The notes: generated by a model not told the origin, from the sequence alone. 64,000 bases of DNA from Mobula hypostoma (GCF_963921235.1 NC_086108.1:114330001-114394000), one strand, 5' to 3'. Positions 1 to 13,755 are shown, counted from the first letter of the stretch. Made by a program: numbers and translations.

Positions 1-679
1 ACAGTAAAACAACCAGCACTGACAGAACGGGCTGAATGTTCTCTCCCTGAGCTGTGTGATTCCATCGGTGTCCTGCCCCCCCGTTCAGTAACATCCGTTT
101 TACCGGCACCTTTCCTGGGTGATGTCTGCCTGAGTTGAAAGAGGAACAGACTGTGGCACAGTGCTGGAGCTGGTTTCAACACCCCTGCCTGCAGCTTCCT
201 GCGGTCGGAAGGCGAGAGCTTGTGAAATATGGTGGGGGTGGCAGATTGTGCCTGGAGGTGTGAGCAGGTGGGCAGGGCTGCTGGCAACTGCTCCGGCTTG
301 GTGGCCCATAGCCAGTCTTGCAGCAAAGGGAGCCGGGCGGACAGGGAAGGAGAGAGCAGTGCCTTCTGTGGCATGCGTCCCTCAGCTCCAGCAACCAGGG
401 ACCCACCCTGACTCGGGCTACTGTCAGAGCGAAGCACACTGATGTCTGCGAACGGAGGAGTGGTTAATGTTTCAAGTCATCAGGACTGGGGTTAGGGGCT
501 GTCATGGAGGAAAGCAAGTCAGTTTTCACTGGGTAGAGAACTGCGAGCGTGTCAGCTGAGCCGTATAGTGTGGCTGGTTGTGGGACATTCAGCCCTTCGA
601 GTCTGTCCTATCACTCATGTTGATCGTGATTGACCATCTACCTCTAGTTTCCTGTTCTCCACTCTCCCCATGTCTATAA

Positions 680-1390
680 TACCATAAGGCATAGGAGTAG
701 AATTAGACTATTCAGCCCATCGAGTCTGATCAGCCATTCCATCATGGATGATTTATTATCCTTGTCATCCCAAGTCTCCTGCCTTCTCCCCATAACCTTT
801 GACGGCCTGACTAATTGAGAACCTATCAATGTCTGCTTTAAGTATACCCAATGACTTGGCCTCCACAGCCGTCCTTAGCAATGAATTCCACAGATTCACT
901 ACCCTCTGGCTAAAGAAATTCCTTCTCACCTCTGTTCTAAATGGACATCCCTCGATTCCGAGGTTGTTCCCTCTGGTCCAGACTCCACAACTGTGGAAAA
1001 CATCCTCTCCACATCTACGCTGTCTCAGTGTTAAAATACTTAATAGAACAGTACAGCGGGACCTTCAGCCCACAATGGTGCCTACACCTTTATTCCTCCT
1101 ACCAAAGTGTATGACCATACACCTCCCTGCACTATATTCCATCTGCCACTTCTTTACCCATTCTCCCAATCTGTCTAAGTCCTTCTGCAGACTCCCTGCT
1201 CCCTCAACACTACCTGCCCCTCCACTTACCTTTATATCGTCTGCAAAGTTTAGCCACAAAGCCATAAATTCCATCGTCCTCATTAGTGTCATCCACTACT
1301 GAAGCGGCCCCAAGACAGAGGCCTAGTAACTGGCTGCCTTTATTCCCACTCTTTGCCTCCTGCCAGTCAGCTAGTCTCCTGTCCATGCTA
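680..1390 (-). mobile_element. CR1-type LINE fragments (3' end and RT)
   Basis: Minus ORF FADDIKVSGGAGSVEGAGSLQKDLDRLGEWVKKWQMEY and a CR1 3'UTR. Confidence 0.8.
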
Positions 1391-1546
1391 TCTTTCTATC
1401 TTTGCTGTACTACCTCAGGCTACCCAACCCCTCACGTTGTCCGCTGCCCAGCCCGACGCATTCCTCTATCTCTGTGTTGCTGAGGCTTCCCGCTGTGATG
1501 GGTTTCTCTGCCTGCTGTCTAAACCTGTGTTTCCTCACTGTCTCAG

Positions 1547-1678
1547 GGATCTGGCATTGCTACTGGGAATACAGCAGCCTGAAGGGGAAGCCCGGCAGCG
1601 ACATCCCCATCTCCGACATTGGCTTCCAGACTGACCTGAGGGTCTACTTGCAGCTCAGACAGACCTGGCTTGCCTTCA
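1547..1678 (+). CDS. SLC44A5: Choline transporter-like protein (SLC44A5-like), first coding exon in window
   Basis: ctcag|GG...TTCA|gtaagt; encodes GIWHCYWEYSSLKGKPGSDIPISDIGFQTDLRVYLQLRQTWLAF; 132 nt, phase 1-1. Paralog choice (A5 vs A2) is less certain than the exon. Confidence 0.9.
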
Positions 1679-1861
1679 GTAAGTCTGCCTCCCTCCTCAT
1701 CGAGGGCCCAGAGTGAGGAAGGGCAGCCTCTGGGGGTTTGGGCCCTGGGAAATGGGTGAGGGCCATTGGGGTGCGCTGGCAGAGGGTGTAGACGTCGGTT
1801 TTGGGTGGATTGGCAGCTGGTCACCTTTTACGGATGATAGAGGCTCTGTCCACTGGAAGGA

Positions 1862-3420
1862 CAGTGGGTTCTGGATGATTGGGACACATTGGCACCAGTG
1901 CATTTTGGCCTAATTAATCAGCTGCCCCAATTAGCTGGAAATAGTTAATAAGGTATAAGACCAACTGTAACAAATTATGTATTTCAATGAAATACAGAAC
2001 AAGTTAGAACACTACCAAGCTATGTATTAGTTTCTAACAGATAATGACGAAGGAATTCATCCGGTGTACACAATGAATAAAGTCAGTTCAGACACCCAGT
2101 GCAGATAGCGGACTGCTTTCACGCAGTGCCATCAAAGGTTCAAACGTCCAATTCAATGCCAGAGAGATGTATACAATATACATCCTGAAATGCTTTTTCT
2201 TCTCCAACATCCACGAAAACAGAGGAGTGCCCCAAAGAATAAATGACAGTTAAACGTGAAAACCCCAAAGTCCCCTCCCTCCTGCGTGTAAGTGGCAGCG
2301 AGCAACGATTGCCCCTCCCCCACCAACAAAAAAAGAAGCATGTATCGGCACGGCCCCCGCACACTCACACGTGAGCAAAGCAACAGCAAAGACACAGACT
2401 CGCAGTAACCCCAAAGACTTCACGTTTCACCCGGCATTCGACATACCACAGTTTCTCTCTCTTTCCTAATAGGGGAGAAGGAGGTGTCTCTATTTTTCCC
2501 AGTGAGCGGGGAGACATAACAAACAACTTGCTGGTTTACGATGTTAGAAGTCCATTACGTTGCTTTTTCTGAGCTCTGTTCCCAAAGATCGCAAAGATCT
2601 CAGGCCTCCGGGCACACAGCCGTAGGTATTCCAACTCCCCCGATGACACAGGGGTCTCCTGCCATGACACTGACCCTGGATCTGCCTGTCTCCAAAGCCC
2701 TGAGATCCTAGGCTTCCAAATTCGAGCCGGACTCTCAGGCTGAACCCTTGGCGTGCTGAACAACGGCCAGTCCTGCAACCCCGAGAACGGGTCCCATTCC
2801 CGCAAAGAACCAAAGTCAGCGTGTGACTCCAGGTCAGGGTCTTCAAAAGAACCCTGAAAGGGAAAAATAAAGGTATTAAAGATGGAAGTAGAGCTGTTTC
2901 CGAAGATGAAAGCAAAGGAGCCACCATTTAGCGGCATCTTAACTTTGCTTCTATCAATGATTGGATCCTCCAAATAATTTTCATTGTAACATTCAAGATG
3001 ATTGTTGATACCTTCAAATTCTTCATAACTCCTAACTAGTTGAAGGAATGAAATTGTTTCATTTCCTTTCCCGGTTGCTCCTGGCATCTCCAAGCCTGAA
3101 TACTTGAAACCACAGTTAGCAAAATTGTCTCACTGCTTATTTCCACTAGCTATCCGTGACAAAAATTCCTGCTTTTTGAATACAAATACACACTGACACT
3201 ATTTAAAAGCTGTTTGCTTTAAGCACAATGTAGTGTCTAACAAGTGCACAGGACTGATGCGATTCAAAAACAACATTCTCCTGCCCCAATTAAGTGGCAT
3301 AGTGTCCCAAATAAATGAAGGAACTCTGGACATTTTCTCAATCAGTTTTTGTATGTTAAGAGTTGCCCCAAATAAGTGGCTCCTTGATTAACCAATGGAC
3401 AAATTAACTGGAGTCCACTG
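1862..3420 (-). mobile_element. Tigger/pogo-like DNA transposon relic with a nested insertion
   Basis: Degenerate TIRs CAGTGG...CATTGG at 1862 and (reverse complement) ending at 3420, followed by TA; acidic transposase-like C-terminal remnant on the minus strand at about 2950-3150. Confidence 0.55.
2137..2940 (-). mobile_element. Unclassified interspersed element nested in the Tigger-like relic
   Basis: GC-richer block that interrupts AT-rich transposon sequence; no coding motif recognised. Confidence 0.4.
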
Positions 3421-3529
3421 TATTAGGTTATGGCATAATGATTCATGTGCAGTACCCAAGCCCCAGTGAATTCTAACCCACCTCTACAATGTGACTGCCA
3501 TTACACACAGCCCAAACTCTTCACTATAA

Positions 3530-4450
3530 CTGGGCTGGATGGATGCACTGGGAGATGGTTTTATGGAATTCTGGAAACTGGGTTGGGGTATGGGAAGCTG
3601 TGGTATTGAATGGATGGGATTTCAGGGATAGGTTTGGGTATTAGGATTAGAGTTGCAAGGTTTTGGTGGGATGGTGCATTGGGAATTGATTGGGATATTG
3701 TGGATGAGTTGGAAGGAGATGTCGGGGACTGGTTGGGATGGGGTATATGGATGTATTGAGACGTTGGAGATGGGCTGTGATAGGATATCAAAGGATAAGG
3801 TGAGAAATTGGAGGTTGAGTTTGAATATAGAGGGTGGGGTTTCAGGATCGAGTTCAGATGTGGTATTGGATTTGGGTTGGAATATGGGAATGGGTTAGGA
3901 TAGGGTATTTGGGAGAGGTTTAGGTATTGGAGATAGATTGGGAGGAATCATTGAAAAATAAACTGATTAGGGTTGAGATGGGATATTAGGGATGGGATGT
4001 GCTATTGGAGATAGTATAGTTTATTGGAGTTAAGGTGGGGTATTGGGGATGGGTTGGGTTGGGTTTTAGGTATGGGATAAGGTTTTGGAGATAAGTTGGG
4101 ATAGGGTATTTGGGATGGGTTGAGGTATCAGAGATAGGTTGGGAGGAAACATTGGAAAATAGATTGGGGTATTAAGGTTGAGACAGGGTATGGTGGATGG
4201 GATGTGTTATAGGGGATAGTTTGGGGTATTGGGGTTGAGGTGGGGATTGGTTGGGTTGAGTTTTGGGTATGGGTTAAGGTATTGGAGGTGGTTTGGGATA
4301 GGGTATCTGGGGTATTGGGGATGGGTTGGGATAGGGTAGCATGGGGTATTGAAGGACCAGGTTGGAGCATTGGGCTTGAGGTGTAGACATTGGAGGTGTT
4401 GGTGGGGAATGGTAGTTTCTGGTTGGGAGTGTGGTTTGGACTAAGGGGTT
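3530..4450. repeat. G/T-rich low-complexity tract
   Basis: Degenerate GGGTT/GGGAT/TATTGG repeats, almost no C. Confidence 0.85.
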
Positions 4451-4476
4451 GGGCTTCCTGCCACTGGAGCTGCTTC

Positions 4477-4858
4477 CACTAGACACAGAAACACCTAAAC
4501 CTTGTCAGCCACTGGACACAGAAACACCTAAACCTTGTCAGCCACTGGACACAGAAACACCTAAACCTCTGTCAGCCACTGGACACAGAAACACCTAAAC
4601 CTCTGTCAGCCACTGGACACAGAAACACCTAAACCTCTGTCAGCCACTGGACACAGAAACACCTACACCTCTGTCAGCCACTGGACACAGAAACACCTAA
4701 ACCTCTGTCAGCCACTGGACACAGAAACACCTACACCTCTGTCAGCCACTGGACACAGAAACACCTAAACCTCTGTTAGCCACTGGACACAGAAACGCCT
4801 AAACCTCTGTCAGCCACTGGACACAGAAACACCTACACCTCTGTCAGCTACTGGACAC
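4477..4858. repeat. 34-bp minisatellite, about 11 copies
   Basis: Unit CACTGGACACAGAAACACCTAAACCTCTGTCAGC. Confidence 0.95.
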
Positions 4859-5035
4859 TGGCACATGTTGCTCGGTGACACTGTATTACTGGCTCAGATC
4901 CTCATCCCATGATACCACCAAGTAGACCACTCCAAGGCCAGTGAGAGTGGAACTCCCTGTATGTGATCTGTGCATCCCTGGCAAGTCTGAGGTCTAATGT
5001 GCAACTCTTTTTGCTCTTGATGTGTTTGCTGGAAA

Positions 5036-5545
5036 TTTTTTTTTTGTGTGTTCGTCCATTGTCGACGTCGATGAGGACCTCGTCACCATTATTGGTGGTG
5101 TCAAGACTAGCGTGTGGTTTGGATTTAAGTGAGGGAGAGTTGCGCAGCGTCAACCTCACTCTCTCTTCCCAATTCCCATCTGGATCCAGTGGCAAGACAG
5201 AGTCGAGATGGCTGGAGATGGGACTAGGCGCAGTGGATGACCAGGACGTCTTCTGTGTCTTGTCCTGCTCTACATGTTCCACGACGCTTACAGAGACCGC
5301 CTTCTTGACCGTTGGACCTTCCATTGGTCTCGTCCGCTCAATCCACCGGAGACTGTCTTCATATGCTGGGATAGACAACTCCCTATCTCACCGAGGGTCT
5401 GAGACCCGTCAGCTACCCTCACCTGGTTTAGCCAGCTTGTCGAAGCCGTTGCCCGGGGTGTGGCCGCTGTCGCATGCAAACAGCTACGGGGAGCCACAGG
5501 TGAGAGCTGAGTGCCAGGTGGGGACCAAAGGTGGACTAACCGCCT
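5036..5545 (-). mobile_element. Non-autonomous retroposon, probably RTE-derived
   Basis: T-run at 5036 (A tail on minus); CpG-rich; 3' end resembles the RTE tail at about 19030-19068. Confidence 0.45.
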
Positions 5546-6970
5546 TGAAAAGGACACGACATGTTCCCCCACCAGAGGTGCTACCCCTCCCTGACACCCC
5601 GTACACCCTATTGCTGGAAATAGAGTCACTCACAAGCCCAACCACAAATCTCCTTCCCTCAGGGAGATCAGCAAAGCAGAGGGGTCTTTACTACAATCTG
5701 GTAGTTGGTGCTCCCATCACTCATGGCATTTAATTTGAGATTAGGAAGACAGAAATTCACTCCACAAAGCTAAAGTGAGATATGAGCTCGTCTCGAGAGA
5801 ATGCATCTCTTCACCACTAGTGGAAAGTTTCTAGGGCTGAAAGGTAGAAATGCTGACTCTTCAATTACCCAGCCACAAGTGGACAAAGAGACTATCCTAA
5901 AGAGAATATTGGCTACAGGACAGAAAAGAGACAGATTAGCTTTATTTGTCACATGTACATCGAAATATACAATGAAATGCATTGTTTTCATCAAATCAAA
6001 TCAGTGGGGATTGTGTTGGGGCAGCCCACAAGTGTCGCTGTGCTTCTGGCACCAACATAGCTTGTCTGACTTACTAGCCTGACCCATCTGTCTTTGGGAG
6101 GAAACAGGAGCACCCGGAGGAAACCTACATGGTCACGGGGAGAACGTACAAACGACTTACAGACAGCGGTGGGAACCGAACCCGATTGCTGGAGCTATAA
6201 ATTCAACTGCTACACGACTGTGCTACCCATAACTCCAGTCCCTGTGGAAATGCAGTGGAAGACTTGTATTAGCCACTTCCGCCCTGGAAAAAAAATCTCT
6301 GACTATCTGCTTGATCCTATGCCTCTTGTCATCTTGTACAGCTCTATCCAATTCAATCCAAGTTTAATTGTCATTCAACCACAGATGAATACTCATTACT
6401 ACCGCAAAACGAGACAGTGTTACTCTAGAGTCGAGGTGTAAAACACGGTGCCAACAGTCACACACAGCACATATAAGAGAGAAAGATACACTTGATAAAA
6501 GCGACCAAACTCAAGCCATCCAATGCTGCTGAAATCTGCAGACAACCACAACAGAGCTTCTACCAAGCGAAAACTGGGAGAGCAGCACTGACTCTGGCCT
6601 GGGTGTCATGCCTCACCACCCCAGTGCTTCTCCCTGGCTAATGTAAACAGGCAACACTGTGGCTTGAGGCCTAGTGCTCGTACATGCAAAATAGCAAGCA
6701 CATATAGGATATCAGTAAAATACAATCACACAAAATATAAATGCATAAATACTCCAGACTCTCAGTCCATAGATCTGTTGAGCGAGTGAACTGGTGGGGG
6801 GGGGTGGGGGGCGTGTGGTGGACAGCACCAACTCTAGCCCAAATGCCAAATGCTGCACCATGGTGCTCCCCTCCCCGGCTGCGATGTCTCTATCCTGGTG
6901 GCTGTAAACAGGCAGTATGGAGTCACCTCTCACTCTGTCCTCCCTGAAATGCAATGCCTCTGTTTTTCAG

Positions 6971-7070
6971 TGATCGTGCTGTGCATCCTGGAAGTCATCG
7001 TCATCCTCATGCTGATTTTCTTACGGAAAAGAATTAGTATTGCAATTGCACTCCTCAGGGAAGGGAGCAA
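6971..7070 (+). CDS. SLC44A5: SLC44A5-like exon 2 in window
   Basis: ttttcag|TG...AGCAA|gtaagt; [34 protein letters not shown]; 100 nt, phase fits both neighbours. Confidence 0.92.
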
Positions 7071-7589
7071 GTAAGTGGCTGTGTATTGTTGGAGATCGCA
7101 GTTTTTATGTCAACTTAATGCTTTACTCTCTGCTCCTTAACACTTAATACTTTGAAGGTGGTGTCACAGGTAGGCAGGGCCTCTTCTGGGGAAGGTATGA
7201 GCTCTTCAAAAAAGGGCAGATTGCACGTGAACCCAAGCGGGTTCAATATCCTGCAGGTAGGTATGCTGGGGCTGTGGGAGAGTGTTTAAACTAATTTGAC
7301 AGGGGCATGGTAACCGGAGTGATAGAGTTCAGGATGGGACAATTGTGGTGCAACTAGATGCAGTGTGTAGTGAGACTGTCAGGAAGGTCAGGGAGATGAT
7401 GGAGCAAAGTATCAGGCAGTGGGTTGCATTAAAATGCTAGAGGAGGCCAAAATCAAAAAGGGTGAGGACCACAAAACTGGAGGTTGTATATCTGAATGCA
7501 ACTGTGTTGTGCTAGCCACTACCCCACTGTGCATCAGTCTTCACTGTGGAAGACACCAGCAGAATGCCAGAAATTCAGGAGTGTTGGGA

Positions 7590-9400
7590 AGGAGTGAGTG
7601 TTGGTGCTAGTATTAAGGAGATGGTGCTTGGGAAGCTGGATAGTCTGAAGGTAGGTAAGTCACCTGGACTACATCCCAGGATCCTGAAAGAGGTGCTGAA
7701 GAGATTGTGGAGGCATTAGTAATGATCTTTCAAGAATCACTAGATTCTGGAATGGTTCCTGAGGACTGGAAAATTGCAAATGTCACTCCACTCTTTAAGA
7801 AGGGAGGGAGGCAGAAGAAAGGAAGTTATAGACCAGTTAGTCTGACCTCAGTGGTTGGGAAGACGTGGAAGTCGATCGTTAAGGATGTGGTTTTGGGGTT
7901 CTTGGAAGCATGTAATAAAATAGGCCAAAGTGAGCGTAGTTTTCTAAAGGGGAAATCTTGCCTGACTAATCTGTTGTAATTCTTTGAGGAAATAACAGGT
8001 AGGATAGACAAAGGAGAGTCAGTGGATGTTGTTTATTTGGATTTTCAGAAAGCCTTTGACATGGCCCCACTTGAGGCTGCTTAGCAAGTTAAGAGCCCAG
8101 GGAATTACAGGAAGGATATTAGCATGGATGGAAGCAACATGCACAAAACGCTGGAGGAACTCAGCAGGTTGGGCAGCAACTGTGGAAACGAACAGTCAAT
8201 GTTTTGGGCCGAGACCCTTCATCAGGACTCAGCCTGAAACATTGACCGTTCGTTTCCACGGATGCTGCCCGACCTGCTGAGTTCCTCCAGCGTTTTGTGC
8301 GTGTTGCTTTGACCCCAGCATCTGCAGAATATTTTGTGATTAGCATGGATGAAAGATTGGCTAATTGGCAGGAGGCAACGAGCGGGAATAAAGGGGACCT
8401 TTTCTGGTTGGCTGCCAGCGAGTAATGGTGTACCGCAGGGTTCGGTGTTGGGATCACTTCATTTCACGTTGAATGTCAATGCTTTAGATGAAATAATTGA
8501 TTGCATTTTGGCCACTTTTTGTGGACAATACGAAGGTAGTTGGAGAGGTGGGTACTGTTGAGGAAGCAGAGTGTTTGCAGAAGGACTTGGACAGTTTGGG
8601 CAAATGGCCAAAGTGGCAATGGAATATAACAAAGGGAAGTGTATGGTGATGCACTCAGCAGAAGGAATAAAGGCACAGACTATGTTCTAATTGGGAGAAG
8701 ATTCAAAAATCAGAGTTGCAAAAGGATTTTGAAGTCCGCTGGCACGATTCCTTGCAGGTTGAGTTGGTGGTGGGCAGGCAAATGCAATGTTAGCATTCAT
8801 TTCGAGAGGACTAGAATACACAAGTAAGGATGTAATGCTGAGGCGTAATAAGGGACTGATCAGACCGCGCTTTAAATATTGTGAGCAGTTTTGGGCCCCT
8901 CGTCAAAGAAAAGATGTGCTGTCATTGGAGACGGTCTGGAGGAGGTTTACGAGAAAGTACCCAGGAATGAAAAGGTAGTATATGAGAACCGTTTGATGGC
9001 TCTGTGCCTGTACTCATTAGAGTTTAGAGGAATGAGGGGAGATCTCATTGAATATTGAAAAGTCTTGGTAGACTGGATGTGCAGATGATGTTTCCTTTGG
9101 TCAGGGAGTCTAGGACCAGAGGGCACAGCCTCAGAGTAGAGGGACATCCATTTAGAACCGAGATGAGGAGGAATCTCTTTCATCAGAGGGTGGTGAAGCT
9201 GTGGATTTCATTGCCACAGACAGCCGTGGAGGCCAAGCCATGCGGTATATTTATGTCGAAGGCTGATAAGTTCTTGATTAATCAAGGTGTCAAATATTAC
9301 GGGGAGAAGGCAGGAGAATGGACTTTAGAGGGTTAATAAATCAGCAATGAAGGAATGATGGAGCAGACTCAATGGGCTGAGTCTTATGTTCTAAGTCTTA
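7590..9400 (+). mobile_element. Degraded CR1 LINE ORF2 (RT) to 3' end
   Basis: VPEDWKIANVTPLFKKG, YRPVSLTS, GVPQGSVLG, RTRGHSL; frameshifts and stops. Confidence 0.92.
8135..8338. mobile_element. Miniature Penelope-terminus hairpin element with TSD
   Basis: Inverted arms of about 70 bp (8134-8307); ATTAGCATGGATG duplicated at 8118-8130 and 8339-8351. Confidence 0.8.
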
Positions 9401-9454
9401 TGATCTAAAGAGCAGTTTTGGCACATTGGCTTTCGTAAATCAAAATAAACTATA

Positions 9455-9935
9455 GAAAGGGTGCAGAGGAGATTTACAAGAATGCTACCTGGATTGGGGA
9501 GCATGCCTTTTGAGAATATGTTGAGTGAACTTGGCCTTTTCTCCTTGGAGCGACAGAGGAAGAGAGGTGACCTGATAGAGGTGATTAAGATGATGAGAGG
9601 CATTGATTGTGTGGATAGTCAGAGGCTTTTTCCCAGGGCCGAAATAGCTAACATGACAGGGCACAGTTTTAAGGTGCTTGGAAGCAGGTACAGAGGAGAT
9701 GTCAGGGGCAAGTTTTTTACACAGAGAGTGGTGAGTGCGTGGAATGGGCTGCCAGCGACAGTGGTGGAGGTGAATACGATAGGGTCTTTTAAGAGACTCT
9801 TGGATAGGTACATGGAGATTAGAAAAATAGAGGGCTATGGGTAATCCTAGGTAATTTCTAAGGTAAGGGCATGTTCGGCACAGCTTTGTGGGCCGAAGGG
9901 CCTGTATTGTGCTGTAGGTTTTCTATGTTTCTATG
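9455..9935 (+). mobile_element. CR1 3' fragment with (TTCTATGT)n tail
   Basis: ORF QRRFTRMLPGL...FFTQRVVSAWNGLP. Confidence 0.9.
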
Positions 9936-10149
9936 TAACGAGAACAGGATTTGGGATGTTAAGCTGAAATCATATAAGATATTGGCAAGGCCTAATTTGG
10001 AATATTGTGTGCGGTTTTCGTCACCTACCTACAGGAAAGATATGAATAAGATTGAAAGCGTATAGTGAAAATTTGCGAGAATGTTGCCAGAACTTGAGAA
10101 TCTGAGTTATAGAGAGAGGTTGAATAGGCTAGGACTTTATTAAGCCCAT

Positions 10150-11610
10150 TAGACTATAAGGCATGGGAGCAGAATTAGACTATTTGGCCCATCGAGTCTG
10201 CTGTGCCATTCAATCATGGCTGATCCTTTTCCCCCCTCCTTAGCCCCACTCCCTGGCCTTCTCCCCGTAACCTTTATGCCATGTCCAATCAAGAACCTAT
10301 CATCTCTGCCTTAAATACACCCAACGACCTGGCCTCCACAGCTGCCTGTGTCACAAATTCCACAAATTCACCACCCTCTGGCTAAAGAAATTTCACTGTA
10401 TCTATGTTTTAAATAGATGCCTCTCTATCCTGAGGCTGTGCTCTCTTGTCCTAGATTCGCCCACCATGGGAAACATCCTTTCCAGATCTACTCTGTCTAG
10501 GCCTTTCAGCATTCAACATTCTTGGCCCAAAATGTCGACTGTACCTCTTCCTATAGATGCCGCCTGGCCTGCTGCGTTCATCAGCACTTTTTGTGTGTGT
10601 TGCATCAAATTGTGATCACTGGTTCCTAAGGGTTCTTTCACCATAAGCTGCCTAATCGCCTCTGATTCATTACATAACACCCAATGCAGTGTAGCTGATT
10701 CCCTAGTAGGCGCAATGCCAAAATGCTCTAAAAAGCCATCTCTTAGGCATTGAACAAACTCACTCTCTTGAGATCCATTACCAACCTAATTTTCCCAGTC
10801 AATGTGCATGTTAAAATCTCCCATGACTGTCATAAATTTCCCTTTTGACTCACCTTTTCAATTTCCCATTGTAATCTGTGGTACACATTCCAATTACTGT
10901 TTTGGAGGTCTGTATATTACCGCAATCAGGGTCCTTTTACCCTTGCTTAACTCAACCCACAAGGATTCAATATTTTCCGATCCTATGTGTCTCCTCTTTG
11001 TAATGATTTGATATTATTCTGTACCAGCAGAGGCATGCCAGCCCCCTCTGTCTACCTTCCTATCCCTCTGATACAACGTGTAACCTTGGACATTCAGCTC
11101 CTAATACAGCCATCCTTCAGCCACGATTCAGTGATGGCCACAACATCATAACTGGCAGTCCGTAAAATTGCAACAAGATCATCCACCTTATTTCTTATAC
11201 ACTGTACATTAAGATATAACACTTTGAGTACTGTATTTGCTGCTCCTTTTTGATTCTGCATCCCTAATGTACATCCCTGCTGGCTGTAATTTTGTCCCAA
11301 CATGTGCCTGCCCTTCCTGACAATCTGACTGCAGTCTGCCTTTGTTTTTGTTTTATCATCTGTGCTACCCAGCGTCCCTTCGCTCTGGTTCCCATCCCCT
11401 GGCCAAATTAATTTAAACCCTCTGCGACAGCTCCAACAAACCTGCCCATGAGAATATTGGTTCCCCTCGGGTTCAGGTGCAATCCATCCCTTTTGAACAG
11501 GTCACGCCTCCCCAGAGGAGTTCCCAATGATCCAAGAGCCTGAACCCTGCCCCCTACACCAGCTTCTCAACATTACATTTATCTGCCAAGTCATCCTGTT
11601 TCTACCCTCA
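10150..11610 (-). mobile_element. CR1 fragments (3' end and APE endonuclease region)
   Basis: LKVLYLNVQCIRNKVDDL...VVAITESWL on minus. Confidence 0.8.
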
Positions 11611-12279
11611 CTGGTGCGCAAGAAAATGAGGGGAGATTTGATAGAAGCATACAACATTATGAGGGGTATAGACAGGGCAAATGCAAGCAGACTTTTTTCA
11701 CTGAAGTTGGCTGAGATGAGTACTAGAGGTCATAGGTTAAAGGTGAGAGGTGCAATGTTTGGGGGAACATCTTCACTCAGAGGGTGGAACTGGTGGATCT
11801 GAGTTTTCTTGCAACATTTAAGAGAAGTTTGGAAAGGTACATGGGTGGGAAGGACATAAAGTTCTATGGTCAAGGGTGCGATTCAATGGGACAAGGCAGC
11901 AAAACCGTTTGGCATGGACTAGATGGGCCTTAAGGTTTGATCCTGTGATTTAATGCTCTATGACTGGCTAACTTCATAAGCAAACCAACCTCCTGCTCCC
12001 AAGTATACCTTAACTTAACCTCCAATGTCATCTGAGTAACCTCCCGAATATATTGGCAACCTCTGTTTATTTCCTCAATTATTGATGAAGGGTCTCATTC
12101 TGAATCACCAACTGTTTATTCATTTCCATAGATGCTGCCTGGCCTGCTGAGTTCCTCCAGCATTTTGTGTGTTTGTTGCTGTAGATTTACAAATTTTCTG
12201 CAGAAACACTTGAGTTGTATGCCAACATACATCCTTCCCCAGCACAACAAACAACATTGTAGGCTGACTTAGACCTGCG

Positions 12280-13755
12280 CACAGTACGGTATATGGAATA
12301 AAGTAGATGAACTTGTAGCACAGTTGCAGATTGGCAGGTATGGTGTTGTAGGCTTCACTGAATCATAGTTTTAGATTATGAGGACACTCAGTCCTCGTTC
12401 ATTGTCATTTAGAAATGCATGCATTAAAAATGATACAATGTTCCTCCAGAAAGATATCACAGAAGCACAGGACAGACCAAGACTAAAACTGACAAAACCA
12501 CTTAATTATAACATATAATTACAACAGTGCAAAGCTATACCGTAATTTGATAAAGAGCAGAACATGGCACGGTAAAAAAAAGTTGAAAGAAGATTATAGC
12601 TGCGAGCATAATATTCAAGGAAACACATTGAATCGAAAGGACAGTCAGAAAGGCAGAGGGAATGGCATTGCTCTGTTGGTAAAAAATTAAATCAAATCAT
12701 TAGAAAGGGTGACATTGTCAGAAGGTGTTGAATCATTGTGAATAGAGCTTAGGAACTGCAAGGGTAAAAAGAGAGTTGTATACAGACCTCCAAACATAAG
12801 GAAGGATGTGGCCTAAAAATCACGGTGGGAGATTGAACATGCATGTCAAAAAGGCAATGTTACAATAGGGGATTTCAATATACAGGTAGATTGGGGAAAC
12901 CAAGTTGGTGCTTGATTCCAGGTGGGAGAGTTTCGAGAGTGCCTGCAAGGTGGATTTTGAAAGCAGCTTGTGGTTGAGGGGATTAGAAGTGAAAGGGTTG
13001 ACTAAATGGAGAGAAAAATACAAAAGTTGAGGTGCGAGGGGACTTGGGAGTCCTTGTACAGGATTCCCTGAAGGTTAATTTTGAGGTTGAGTCTATGGTG
13101 AGGAAGGCAAATGCAATGTTAGCATTCATTTCAAGAGGACTAGAATATAAAAGCAAGGATGTAATGTTGAGTCTTTTATAAAGTACAGATCAGGCCTCAC
13201 TTGGAGTACTATGTGCAGTTTTGGGCCCCTTATCTTAGAAACGATGTGCCGAAACTGGAGAGGGTTCAGAGGAGGTTCAAAAAAATGATTCCAGGATTGA
13301 ATGGCTTGTCATAGGAAGAGCGTCTGATGGCTCTGGGCCAGTATTCACTGGAATTCAGAAGAATGAGGGATGACCTGATTGAAACCTATAAATGGTGAAG
13401 ACCTTGATAGAGTGAATGTGGAGAGGATGTTTCTTCTGGTGGGAGAGTCTAAGACCAAAGGACACAGCCTCAGAATAAAAGGATGTCATTTTAAAATGGA
13501 GATGAGGAGGAATTTCTTTAGCCAGAGAGTGGTGAATCTGTGGAATTCATTGTCACAGGCAGCTGTGGAGGTCAAGTATTTATGTTTATTTAAGGCAGAG
13601 GTTAATAGATTATTGAATGGTCAGGGCATGAAGGGATACATGAAGAAGGCAGGTGATTGGGCTGAGAGGAAAATTGAATCAGCCATGATGAAATGGCAGA
13701 GCAGACTCGATGGGCTAAGTAGGCTAATTATGCTCCTATATCTTATGGTCTTATG
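12280..13755 (+). mobile_element. Internally deleted CR1 with a short insertion at about 12370-12580
   Basis: APE remnants followed by RT C-terminus KGHSLRIKG...NFFSQRVVNLWNSL. Confidence 0.85.

Noticed and set aside
3530..4450. Possible interstitial telomere
   Set aside because: No tandem TTAGGG runs; generic G/T low complexity.
4477..4858. Regular 34-bp repeats that could suggest a CRISPR array
   Set aside because: Head-to-tail units with no unique spacers, no cas genes, vertebrate intron.
4963..5733. 256-aa ORF on + and 158-aa ORF on -
   Set aside because: Cross a retroposon boundary and a T-run; no recognisable domain.
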